A stretch of 52,071 nt of DNA from positions 1 through 52,071 of the IMG/VR virus record IMGVR_UViG_3300030329_003799. One strand, given 5' to 3'. This document shows, piece by piece, positions 17,132 to 27,400 of the stretch. A model generated the notes under the pieces. That model was not told the DNA's origin and made no database searches. It saw only the letters and a program-made list of their open reading frames with translations. A program made the position numbers and the translations under genes. How positions within the stretch are numbered: the first letter of the stretch is position 1; the number at the start of each line of letters is the position of its first letter. Source of the DNA: a virus. Lineage: Duplodnaviria; Caudoviricetes.

Positions 17132-18589
17132 ATGAGCAAAAAATATATAAATAAACAATTTGGAAAAGCAAGAGGCAGAAGGGCTTCCTTATCGATTGCA
17201 GGAATAGGTGCTACAATGTCTTTTGAATATGTAAGTAAACAAGAAACTATAGTAGAATGTCCTATGAATGATGCTAGTAATCTATTAACTGAGGTAGATC
17301 CTGCGGCTATGGCATCAACTAATACTGGCAAAATAAAAGATGCAGCAATGATAACTGTTACAAACGTATCAAATCAAACAGCATGTTTAGCTGTAACATA
17401 CCCAGATTGGACATTAGGAACAAATGCAGCAGATTCATACGGAAGCGCTGTAAGTGTAATACAACAATTATTAAAACCAGGTGCAAGTTATATTATGCCT
17501 GAATTAAGAGCAGTGTGTACAAGTACTGTAACAACTAGTGCAGCAAACGGCAAATTTGATTATGGGTTTGATGGAGGTGCAAAAGATAGCACTGATGAAA
17601 GACCTTTGCAGATTCATCCTTTACAAAATCAACTTTCTGGAGCCAAACTATATACAAATGCCCAAGTTAATGTAGATGCAGACACTATAATAACAGACCA
17701 ATTTGGTAGTTTTAATTATAACTTAGAAGATGCTCCTGGCTCAGGTCTTACTACTGGTATAGGTAATGGTAATACAGGTTTATTTAATTTAAGTGGTGGT
17801 ACTAGCACACAGCATTATGTACCAGGTTCTATATGTGTTAGGTTTTATGACAAGGCATATGTAGAATTTGGATTGAATAATATAACTTCAACAACTAAAA
17901 CAGGTTTAGCAACTAATACAAAATATAGATTCGAACTTCAAACTGATGGTGGCACAAATCATGAAGTTAAATTTACAACAGATACAAGAGATACTACTTT
18001 TGGAACTGGTCTTGGTAATGTGTCTGTATTAGGTAAGATTAATACTGCGATAAGAGCTTTAGATCCTTGGAAAGATCAAGCAGGTAATATTATCCCAGCT
18101 CCTCAATTTGCTTTATATAACGGCGATGTTAGAATGGCTACAAGTACAGCTAAAAAAGATGCATTTGATCCAGCTGCTAATAAAACTCTTCTTCATTTTA
18201 AAAACGGAGCAACAGCAACATATACAGATGTTTGGGGAGTTGGATTATTTCCAGCCTTTGCAACGGTAAATAGTAACTTTAGCAAGCCTAGATTAAAGGA
18301 ATTAACTAGAACTAGCGAAATGATGTTTGATGATGGTTTTGGTAAATTAGTAATTGGTAATAAAGTAGTTGGAGATATTGATTATCAAACAGGGTGGATT
18401 TCTTTTGCAGGAGCTCCTAAATGGTCTAGTGTAGAATATACTGCACATTATGAAAGTGCCTTAGGAGGAAATAACTTTTCAGATGTTTTAAAAGCAACAC
18501 CAAGAAATAATTACATTTCTGCTATTAGGTGTCATAGTACTAATATTATGAGGCCTGCTAAAATTAAACTAACAGTATTTACAATTTAG
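17132..18589 (+). CDS. Tail-associated structural protein
   Basis: T/G/N-rich; VPGS....DDG.GKL.....GDIDYQTG.ISF motif common in phage tail proteins. Confidence 0.6.
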   Translation: MSKKYINKQFGKARGRRASLSIAGIGATMSFEYVSKQETIVECPMNDASNLLTEVDPAAMASTNTGKIKDAAMITVTNVSNQTACLAVTYPDWTLGTNAADSYGSAVSVIQQLLKPGASYIMPELRAVCTSTVTTSAANGKFDYGFDGGAKDSTDERPLQIHPLQNQLSGAKLYTNAQVNVDADTIITDQFGSFNYNLEDAPGSGLTTGIGNGNTGLFNLSGGTSTQHYVPGSICVRFYDKAYVEFGLNNITSTTKTGLATNTKYRFELQTDGGTNHEVKFTTDTRDTTFGTGLGNVSVLGKINTAIRALDPWKDQAGNIIPAPQFALYNGDVRMATSTAKKDAFDPAANKTLLHFKNGATATYTDVWGVGLFPAFATVNSNFSKPRLKELTRTSEMMFDDGFGKLVIGNKVVGDIDYQTGWISFAGAPKWSSVEYTAHYESALGGNNFSDVLKATPRNNYISAIRCHSTNIMRPAKIKLTVFTI

Positions 18590-18597
18590 GAGACATA

Positions 18598-18747
18598 ATG
18601 GTTTTAGATAGTTTAAAAACAACAATGGTGGGAACAGGTGGCATAGCAGTTACTTGGATGGAATGGCTTCCATTGACTGTTAGGGTTGCAGTAGGGATTG
18701 CGACTTTTATATATCTTTGCATTAAAATATACAAAGAATTAAAGTAA
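18598..18747 (+). CDS. Small holin-like membrane protein (49 aa)
   Basis: Manual translation MVLDSLKTTMVGTGGIAVTWMEWLPLTVRVAVGIATFIYLCIKIYKELK; AGGAG SD, basic C-terminus; not in ORF track. Confidence 0.6.
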   Translation: MVLDSLKTTMVGTGGIAVTWMEWLPLTVRVAVGIATFIYLCIKIYKELK

Positions 18748-19007
18748 TGGATATATTGGCAATACTAGAAAGGTTTGGATTGCCTGTAGCTATAGTTATT
18801 GCTTTTGGATACTTTATATGGAAGCAACAACATTGGATACAAAAAGAATTAGTGGAAGACTTAGAGGAAGACTTTACACGATTAGAAGGCATTATAGTCA
18901 AATTAATTGATCAGCAGAAAATAACACAAATGGATGTTAAGCATATTAAAGGTTATATTAATGGGATTAGAGATATCATAGTTCAATTAGAAAAGGAGAA
19001 AAAATAA
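18747..19007 (+). CDS. Holin-like protein (one TM helix plus coiled coil)
   Basis: FGLPVAIVIAFGYFIWK followed by coiled coil, BhlA-like layout. Confidence 0.6.
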   Translation: MDILAILERFGLPVAIVIAFGYFIWKQQHWIQKELVEDLEEDFTRLEGIIVKLIDQQKITQMDVKHIKGYINGIRDIIVQLEKEKK

Positions 19008-19008
19008 T

Positions 19009-19164
19009 ATGGGCAAAATCTTAGGAGCAGTTTTAAAGAGTTTGGCTACTGAGCAGGTTATAAAATCTATTTTAGTAGTACTTGGCGATTATCTTGTCAA
19101 GTCATCAAAAAATCAATTGGATGATGTTCTATGGGAAAAAGTAAAGATCGCCTTGCAAAAATAG
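19009..19164 (+). CDS. Small amphipathic protein (51 aa)
   Basis: Manual translation MGKILGAVLKSLATEQVIKSILVVLGDYLVKSSKNQLDDVLWEKVKIALQK; AAGGAG SD. Confidence 0.6.
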   Translation: MGKILGAVLKSLATEQVIKSILVVLGDYLVKSSKNQLDDVLWEKVKIALQK

Positions 19165-19481
19165 TCGTGGAAACAGAAAAATCAGAAACTACATATATGG
19201 TTGTTTTTGAAGATTTATTTACATCGAAGTCTAATCCTGTGGAAAGGTTTCATGATGTTGATAGCAAAAGACCAAAATTATGTGAAGAATGTGATTCTAA
19301 AGAAATTGTTAACTTAGAAGTTTTAGGGGTTCAAGGTTCAGTTTTTTGGGTATGCTTAGAATGTGATGCTTTGTATTTAAAATATAAATTAAAAGAAACA
19401 CTTTTAAGATTAAGAAAAGCTCAAGGAACTTGGACGAACCCAAATGATTGGGGGTGGCAGGATGAAAGCGAGTTTAACTAA
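19131..19481 (+). CDS. Zinc-ribbon protein
   Basis: CEEC...CLEC; true start may be GTG 19167. Confidence 0.65.
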   Translation: MGKSKDRLAKIVVETEKSETTYMVVFEDLFTSKSNPVERFHDVDSKRPKLCEECDSKEIVNLEVLGVQGSVFWVCLECDALYLKYKLKETLLRLRKAQGTWTNPNDWGWQDESEFN

Positions 19482-20208
19482 GCGTTATATAGTAACGCCT
19501 GATAAACACTTTCCTTATGCAGATAGTAAAGCAATAAAGGCTCTTTGTAATATAATAGAAGAATTAAGGCCCGATGGGTATATTGACTTAGGAGATACAG
19601 GAGAATGGTCTAGTGTATCTAAATGGAAGTGGAAAAACAAAGCACGTCCTAATTTAGAGTGGTACTTACCAGAAGTTATAACTGATGTTGAAGATGTCAA
19701 TAAAGGAATGGATATAATTGATGAATCTCTTGATAAGGCTAATGTAAAAGAGAAGCATTTTATTCAAGGTAATCATGAATTATGGCTTGATTATTTTGTA
19801 GAACAATTCCCATATCTACCTCAATATGGTTGCAAGCGAGCAATTAAAATTGATGAAAGAGGTTATAAATTCCATCGGGCAGGAGATTTATTAAAAATTG
19901 GAGATATGCATTTTTATCATGGACATAATTATGGAGGGATGCATCATGCAGCAGCTCATTGTAAGCAATTTAAATGCAGTATAATGTATGGACATCACCA
20001 TGATATACAAGTGTATTCAGATAGATCTGCAAACGGAACTATTAGCGCTTATAGTATAGGTTGTTTAAAGGATATGTCAAGAGAAAAAAATGAATTTATA
20101 GGTGGAAGACCTATTAATTGGAGTCATGCAATAGCAGTTGTAGACTTTATAGGTAAAAGCCATTTTGTAAAAGTAATTGAAATTAAAGATGGGAAATATA
20201 GTTTATGA
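19462..20208 (+). CDS. Calcineurin-like metallophosphoesterase
   Basis: DxH (PDKH), GD, GNHE, HGH, GHHH motifs. Confidence 0.9.
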   Translation: MKASLTKRYIVTPDKHFPYADSKAIKALCNIIEELRPDGYIDLGDTGEWSSVSKWKWKNKARPNLEWYLPEVITDVEDVNKGMDIIDESLDKANVKEKHFIQGNHELWLDYFVEQFPYLPQYGCKRAIKIDERGYKFHRAGDLLKIGDMHFYHGHNYGGMHHAAAHCKQFKCSIMYGHHHDIQVYSDRSANGTISAYSIGCLKDMSREKNEFIGGRPINWSHAIAVVDFIGKSHFVKVIEIKDGKYSL

Positions 20209-20321
20209 AGGTATTGTACACAAAATCAACAGGAAAACCTTATCAAGGATTAAATCCAAATGATAGGAGGAATCATTCTATGCGTAAAGGAGTAAAAAAT
20301 GTCACAAAGAACAGATCTTGA
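20205..20321 (+). CDS. Small hypothetical protein (38 aa)
   Basis: ATGA overlap; MKVLYTKSTGKPYQGLNPNDRRNHSMRKGVKNVTKNRS fills the gap to the next gene. Confidence 0.45.
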   Translation: MKVLYTKSTGKPYQGLNPNDRRNHSMRKGVKNVTKNRS

Positions 20322-21090
20322 GAAACAAGAATTTTGGCTTCAACAAAATAAACATTTAAAAGGCGAGACACCTTACAAGCAAGTTGAGAATTTAGTTAGT
20401 CAGTATAAACAAAACCCTTCGCGTGTCAATGATGAGTTTATTAAACAAAATTATGATAATCAAAGTGTGGGTACTCCTACTAAAAATAATATTAGGGAAG
20501 GTGGTTTATTAAAAAAATGGTTTCAAAAAAAGATGACTGATGATAAGGGTATCTTTAGAGGAGGTGAAGAAAAAAGAGTCTTTGGAAGAATTAAAGATAG
20601 AAGAGAAGCAAGACATCTTAGAAATCAACCTAAAGGTTTAAATAAAAAGGCTGGATATGATGTAGCTCAATATAATAGAGTATATAATCCTCAATTTGAA
20701 GACAAACCATATTCTGCTGAGTTTAGTAATGCTAGAGAGTTTGCTTTAGATTTTAATCCTGGAGATAAAAATCAAGTAATGGAAATGCAAAAAAGACTTA
20801 ATCAAGCAGGTTATTTAGGTTCCAATGGAAAACCTCTGGCAATAGATGGAATATTAGGTCCTCAAAGTGTAGATGCATTAAGAAGAATGCAAGGTGATAT
20901 GATTTATGAAAATAAAATGGCTAAAAGCTTAGTATTGAAAAATAGAGCAAACCAACATAAACAAAACGCAGTTCTACAAATGAACGATCATATTAAAAAC
21001 GACCAAAAAAATCAGACACAGTATTCAGATTTTGATTTAAATCACAACGAATCGCAAGAAGAAAAAGATTTTTTCGACGATAAATATTAG
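20299..21090 (+). CDS. Protein with peptidoglycan-binding domain (PG_binding_1)
   Basis: VMEMQKRLNQAGY...IDGILGPQSVDALRRMQ. Confidence 0.75.
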   Translation: MSQRTDLEKQEFWLQQNKHLKGETPYKQVENLVSQYKQNPSRVNDEFIKQNYDNQSVGTPTKNNIREGGLLKKWFQKKMTDDKGIFRGGEEKRVFGRIKDRREARHLRNQPKGLNKKAGYDVAQYNRVYNPQFEDKPYSAEFSNAREFALDFNPGDKNQVMEMQKRLNQAGYLGSNGKPLAIDGILGPQSVDALRRMQGDMIYENKMAKSLVLKNRANQHKQNAVLQMNDHIKNDQKNQTQYSDFDLNHNESQEEKDFFDDKY

Positions 21091-21099
21091 GAGTGAATT

Positions 21100-21447
21100 A
21101 TGCCAAAACAAAGTTACGAATTAACAGTATTCAATGAAGGAATAATATCTCATCCTGATCCTGAAGATTTAAATATTAATGCAGCTACTTATTCTGTCAA
21201 TTTAGACCCTATTGCTCCTGCAGGTACATTAGGTGGTAAAAAAGAATTTGGAGTAGCAGCTAATTTAACAGAACCACATTCAACAGTAAAATTATTATTA
21301 GACCAAAAAATTGGGACTGGAAATACTATTCCAACATATATTATGGTTTATTATACTCCTCCTTTAGGTGCAAATGGATTCATAGAAACAAATGCTAGGG
21401 TAGGATTTGTAGAAGATTTTTATGATTTTATAGAAGGTGATAATTAG
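21100..21447 (+). CDS. Tail nozzle/stabilisation protein, N-terminal piece
   Basis: MPKQ..E...FNEGI...P.P.DL......S.N.DP...G.L resembles starts of podovirus stabilisation proteins. Confidence 0.5.
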   Translation: MPKQSYELTVFNEGIISHPDPEDLNINAATYSVNLDPIAPAGTLGGKKEFGVAANLTEPHSTVKLLLDQKIGTGNTIPTYIMVYYTPPLGANGFIETNARVGFVEDFYDFIEGDN

Positions 21448-24400
21448 TGTCTACATATGGAATACCTGATATTTTTAGCCAGATGTTATCTGGAGGTTGT
21501 GTTACAGCGATTAGAAGTAATACGACAACAACATCCTTTTATAGTCCAGGAGCTAACAGATGGTTCCAATTTTGTTTTAAAACTAATTCTGACGTAAATG
21601 ATAATTCTGGAACTTGGGATTCTGATACTCAAGGATGGTATTTAATATCTACAAGAACTCCAGAAATACAAGATAGCTGGGAAGAATGTTTAATTTATGG
21701 AGTATCTGATGTAAACTCTGGATTAGAAAGAAAAGTTTCTTTTATGGCATCTCAAGGGTTACGCCCTAGCCTGGATCATGCATTGGGTTCTATTTTTGAA
21801 CATTTTAATGTGCATGGAGATTCTTTATTAGACACCTGGGAAGTCGATCCTACAGGCCATACTCCTGTATATGTAACGCCAAATGATTACAATGGGTGGA
21901 ATGCTTTTGCTCATCCTGTGCAATATCATCATTTAATAGATCCAGAATGGAATGAAGTTTCTTTAACTTTACACATTGCTCACTGGAATCCTATTTATAT
22001 AGCATATTCTAAATGGAGTTATAATATTCAGGAAAATTCATTTACACAAATGAAACCTAATAATTTTGGAATAGATGGTGCAGCTACAAATGCATTTTAT
22101 AATTTAGGGATAAGCAATCAAGATAGTGATTTAATAGAGTCTCTTGCAGATTTGCAAACTGCGGGTGCTGCTGTAGGGAATCTTTTGAATGTTCATAATA
22201 CAATACCAAACCATCCTTGGCATCAATGGGTAGCTAGTAATAATTTTAATTATCAATACGGACTTGCGAATCCTCTATTTCCTAATATGATTTATTGGGA
22301 TGGAAGTGACTGGACTGGAAGTGCAGACCATATTATGGGGATGGTTCATAATAGATATTCTTGGGTTAAATTATTTGTAATCAATCAACAAGCTAAAATA
22401 GCATATAATGATGCATGGATGGAAGACCATACAGATAGTGATTTTTCAAGAATGCATCATGGTAGAGCTTGGATGTTTCAAGAGCCAGACGGATCATGGA
22501 CTCCTCCTCCTTATACGTGGTATGCAGAATTAGAAGCTGCACATAGTGGCGAAAATAATGATTTTACAGACGGAGGTAGAAGGTCAAGAGATTTTGTAAG
22601 TTGTGAAGTGCCAGCTATGATACCTAGTATGAATCCTAATGCTGATATGCTGTTAAATGTATATGCAGACCATGGAAGCAATCCATCAGAAAAATATTTC
22701 TATTGGAATAAGACTGCTTTAAATGTAGATATTGGAAGTAATTTTGAACCAAGTTTTAACGATTCTCCAATGGAAGAAGCATTTAGCTATCCAGTTGAAT
22801 ATAAAGGAGGATTTGGAGGAGAGCTTCAAATAATACCTGATAGAGATAATAGCAGAAGAATTGCTTTTTATTTCGGAAATTTATGGGATATAAATAGAGA
22901 AAAAATGCATTATATTGTTAATTGGGCTGTGTTAGATAACAACTTTGACCCTTCTTGGAAAGTGCAAAATATTGAAGTGGATCCTGTAATAGGCTTTATA
23001 ACTAATTCAATTGATTTTACTAATGGAGATCCTTCTAGTTTACCTTTACAACCTTGGACTAAAATGGTTGTTAATAGTTGGGCAGGAACAATTAACTTTC
23101 TTTATATGAGAGACGGAGGTTTAGTATATAAGAAAAAGCTAGCTCTAAAAGATATTCCTTCCCTAGGCGAAAGTACAAATCTTAATGAAATTATAGGGCC
23201 TGAAGAATATCTTTTCTCTGCTCTTAATCAACTACCAGGAACTACTTTAGCATGGTTCCAATCTCAGGATTTAACAAGTGGTATGACAGGGCGTCATTTA
23301 TTAACTGGAGAAACTACCGATTCTAATAGCTTGATAGTTCATGCATTTGATGTGGACTTTGTTCCAGGCTTTGGAGATATAGTAGATTTTAATATAAAAG
23401 AATTAAGAACAAACTTAATTATTGTTGATTTTTCCATACATCAAGATGATATAGAACATATAAAATCGTTTAGATTTAAAAAATCAGAAACAGAGATTCT
23501 ATCTGCTGACTTTGATGATGGTTTAGATGGATACGATGAAGTTCTTATAGAAAATTTAGATTATAAGGAAGATGGAGAATTAAGAAGATATGAATATAAA
23601 TATACAGGATTGCAAACTGGTGTAAGTTATTTTGCTCGATGTAAGCCAATTTTACTTTCAGAATTAGCTAGCACTAACATGTCTAACCAGATACAAATAT
23701 TACTTCCTGAAAGATCTAAGTCTGTTAGTTCTTTGCAGCATACAGTTCCTATGAACGATGCTAATGGAGCTTTGTACGTAGGTACAGGTCCTGATATTTT
23801 AGACAAACCTCTTTTTATAGGAAGATTGACGCATACTCAATTTGGTACAAACTTAAATTCAATCGTTATTGATGACTCTGAATGCAAATCTCCTTCTGGA
23901 GAAGCAAGTATAACTACTTTCACAAACATGGTTCCTTTAAATGGAAACCTTAACGGCCAATTATCAAGCTATATTTTAGGATATGTTACTGGAGCTACAA
24001 CGTTATTTTTAATACATAAAGATAGTGGAACTACTTTAAAAACAAATCAATTAGGGATTACTGTTGAATGTGCATGTAATTGCCTTACTATATCTGGAGG
24101 TGTTTGGGTTTTTGAAAAAGCTTCTTCTGAAGTTCATTTAATAACAATAGACCCTGGTAATATTAATACTACTTCTATTACACATTCATATCCTGTTAAT
24201 TACGAGCCTAAATGGGCTAAATATGGCAATGTTGATGATAATTATACAGATAGAGCTAATATGATAGGAGATACTGATTTAGTTCCTGATTTAGGGTCTC
24301 CTGGTGATTATAGAACGGACTTATATGGAAGTGATGACTCAACTTTATCAATAGCTAACATAGTAGAAGTAGGCTCTGCTTCTGATGCTCAATTATATTT

Positions 24401-27400
24401 ATTAGCTGATACTTCATCCATGGAATATACTGCGGTTCCAGCAGGATTTACATGTATAATTAGAGCTAATACTAGTGAATCAGCATTAGGTGCGCCTTTG
24501 TTAGAATGGGAAGATGCTATGCTACCTTGGAATCCAAGTATTCAAGAAAGTGAGTATATAGGTCAAGCTTATACTAGAGAAGAATGGGATGGCACTTGTC
24601 CTGAGAATGGAATTAAAGTTGAATATATAGGGAAAATATGGGACGATGAGACTAATGCTTTTATAGACAATCCAGCAGGAACGGCTATTGACAGACCTAT
24701 TGATAGTCCAACATCAAATCGTCCATATGAAATATGTGTTTTTTCTAGAAATCATGGTCCTCATAGAGATGCTGGTTCAAGAGGAGGTATGACTCCTATA
24801 AAAAATACTATGTCAATAGTAAGTAATTCAGATAAAACTATAGGATTTTATGCATATATAGAAGACACATATTATAGGCATTTAGTAACTAATGAGTGGA
24901 TAAGAAACACTGGAAGTTTTAGCTTTGACCATATCTTTAATTGTTATGATGCATATCCAGATGTAAATAGTTATCAAAACGATCAAGCTACTTCAATATC
25001 TGGTTTAGTTTATGTAGTAATAGGACCTTCAAGTCCTGGTTGGGCTAATTATTTTTCATGGGATAGTAATAATAATTTAATTGAAAATGAATTTAATGGA
25101 ATAAAAGAAGATAATTACAGATACTCTAATGGAGATTTCGAATGCCTTCACAATACAGATGGTCAAATACATAAAAGCGAATATCTTCCCTCAGATATTG
25201 GATTGATAAATAATTCAACAAGAACTTTAAGTGGGAGTGTGGGAATTGGAACAAATATTTTATCTGTAAAAGAATCAGATTCAACTAATACAAATTTAAT
25301 TGCAGAAGAAATTATAGATTACAGCAAAACTCCCTGGACTACAGGGCCTTATGCAAATTTAGGAAATACTGGCTATACTATGTTTAGTCCGATGAGATTA
25401 GCTAATATAGCTTCTACATCAAGCCCTAGTACTGGAGATTATATTTATGGTCGTATTGAAATTGAATTTAGTGCTAGTGCTCATACTTTTTGGTTTGAGG
25501 GAGGAACTAATCCAGCAATGTCTGGTTATGAAACAGATACTATATTAACAAAGACAACAATTTCAGGAACATATTCAGGTCCTGCTTCAGATAAAGCTTT
25601 TAGTGTATTTTGTAGTCCTTTAAGAAATACGGCTTTTCATGTTACAGGCATTAAAACTCCTTTTTTAAGAGGTGATACAAATCTTCATAATAAATTTACT
25701 ATAAGATTTTGGAGTCCTAAAAATTTCGATGATGTAGATACTGTTGCAAATCATGATACTAGCACTACATTAGATGCAGCTCATTGCGAATTATATGAGG
25801 GAACATATAGTTTTGCTGACGGAGAAATGTATGATTATAATGCAAATGCTGCAACTACAACAGCTTTGCTTCCTTCAGATAGTGGAGACTTGCCTGATCC
25901 TCGTATAGCAGAAGGTCAAAAAATGAATAGTTATTGGGGACAGGCTGGCCTTACATCTGGAGATATTCAATTTACAAATACATTGATGGTTAATAGACAT
26001 CATAGAGTAGATGATTCAGCTGGAACAGCAGGTGTATTAGGAGCTCCTACTGGAGAGCAGGTTGTTAACACTATAGTTAAAGCTTATGATAATGCAAAAG
26101 CTGGAGGAAGAGCGCATCCTTTTATAACATTAAAAGCTAAAGGGACAGTTGATGCAACAGATAAAAGAACATTAGTCATAGGTTTTACATATCCTCAAGA
26201 TGAAAATGTCCTATGTGAATATGACCATACAGGACCTAATGCTACAGAAGAAAAAAATGTAGGTGGAAGTATTGCTCGGTCGGTAATTCCTCAAACAACA
26301 GACGATCATGCTGCTGAAGGATTGGGTCCAGCAACGGCAGAAATAAGTCAATACATCACTTCTACAATAAATGAAAGTCCTGAATCTTATAAATCTGTAA
26401 ATACTGCTGTTTATAAAGATGCTATTGTTGCAGCTAGTAGTAATGATGATGGAAGTACTTATGTTGATGGGGGTATGGAAAGCAGTAGTGATGAAGAATA
26501 TAGATTGATGAGCAGAACAGGAACTATAACTTTTGGTAAATTATTAACAAAACAAAATCATCAACAAGCTAGTGCTTGGGGCAGTGGAGCAGAAAAAATG
26601 GCGTATCAATCCTATTCTTTAGATATAGGTTCTACCTTAATAACAGCTCCTGGTTCTTTGATTATAGTGGGGCATCAATTAGGAACATATCATGAAGGTA
26701 GATGTGTAGGTTGGAGTGATAAAGACAACCAAGAAGACGCATGTGTAGTAGGAGATGAAGACCATCCTAATACTAGTTTTGTTAGAACAGGTAGTGCTAA
26801 GTTTGAACCTAAAAAGAAATATTTTTATAGACTTTCATTTACTTATGATGGATATCAAGAAAGCCCATTAGGAGCTACTGTATGGACACATGATATGAAT
26901 TTAATTACAGATACTGCTGCTCAAAGCTCTGGATATGATTCTTTAAAAATAACTTTAAAGTTAAGAGATGTAAGTAAAAGAGTTACTCACGTTACTTTAT
27001 GGAGAAAGGATGATACTGAAGAAGCCTTATATAGAAGCGTACAGCAGGTATCTTTAGCAACTGGTTGGATTAATACTGGAGAATCTAGAATGAAAACAAT
27101 TACAGATGATGGCAGAGAAGGTCCAAGTTATGAAGCTTTAACTGGATTATCTTCAACAATGTTATCATCTTCTTTACATTATTCTTTAGCTACAGTGTCT
27201 AATAATATGATGTTTGTAGGGAAATCTACTATTAAAGAAACAGGAGAGCATTATCCTAATATGTTGTTTAGGTCACAACCAGGTAACTTTTCTATTTTTA
27301 ACTGGATAAATGATTATTGTAAACTACCTAATATTCCAAATGCTATAGCTTCTATGAATAATGTTTTATATGCATGGGATGATAGCAGAATGTTTATTAT

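Noticed and set aside
20206-20208. UGA read-through at the end of the metallophosphoesterase
   Set aside because: The stop is part of an ATGA overlap with a plausible 38-aa gene.
21445-21447. Genome-wide TAG or TGA recoding as in some crAss-like phages
   Set aside because: ORFs up to 3141 aa are intact in the standard code. Reading through the TAG at 21445 does not join the next frame, and most TGA stops checked are in ATGA/GTGA overlaps.
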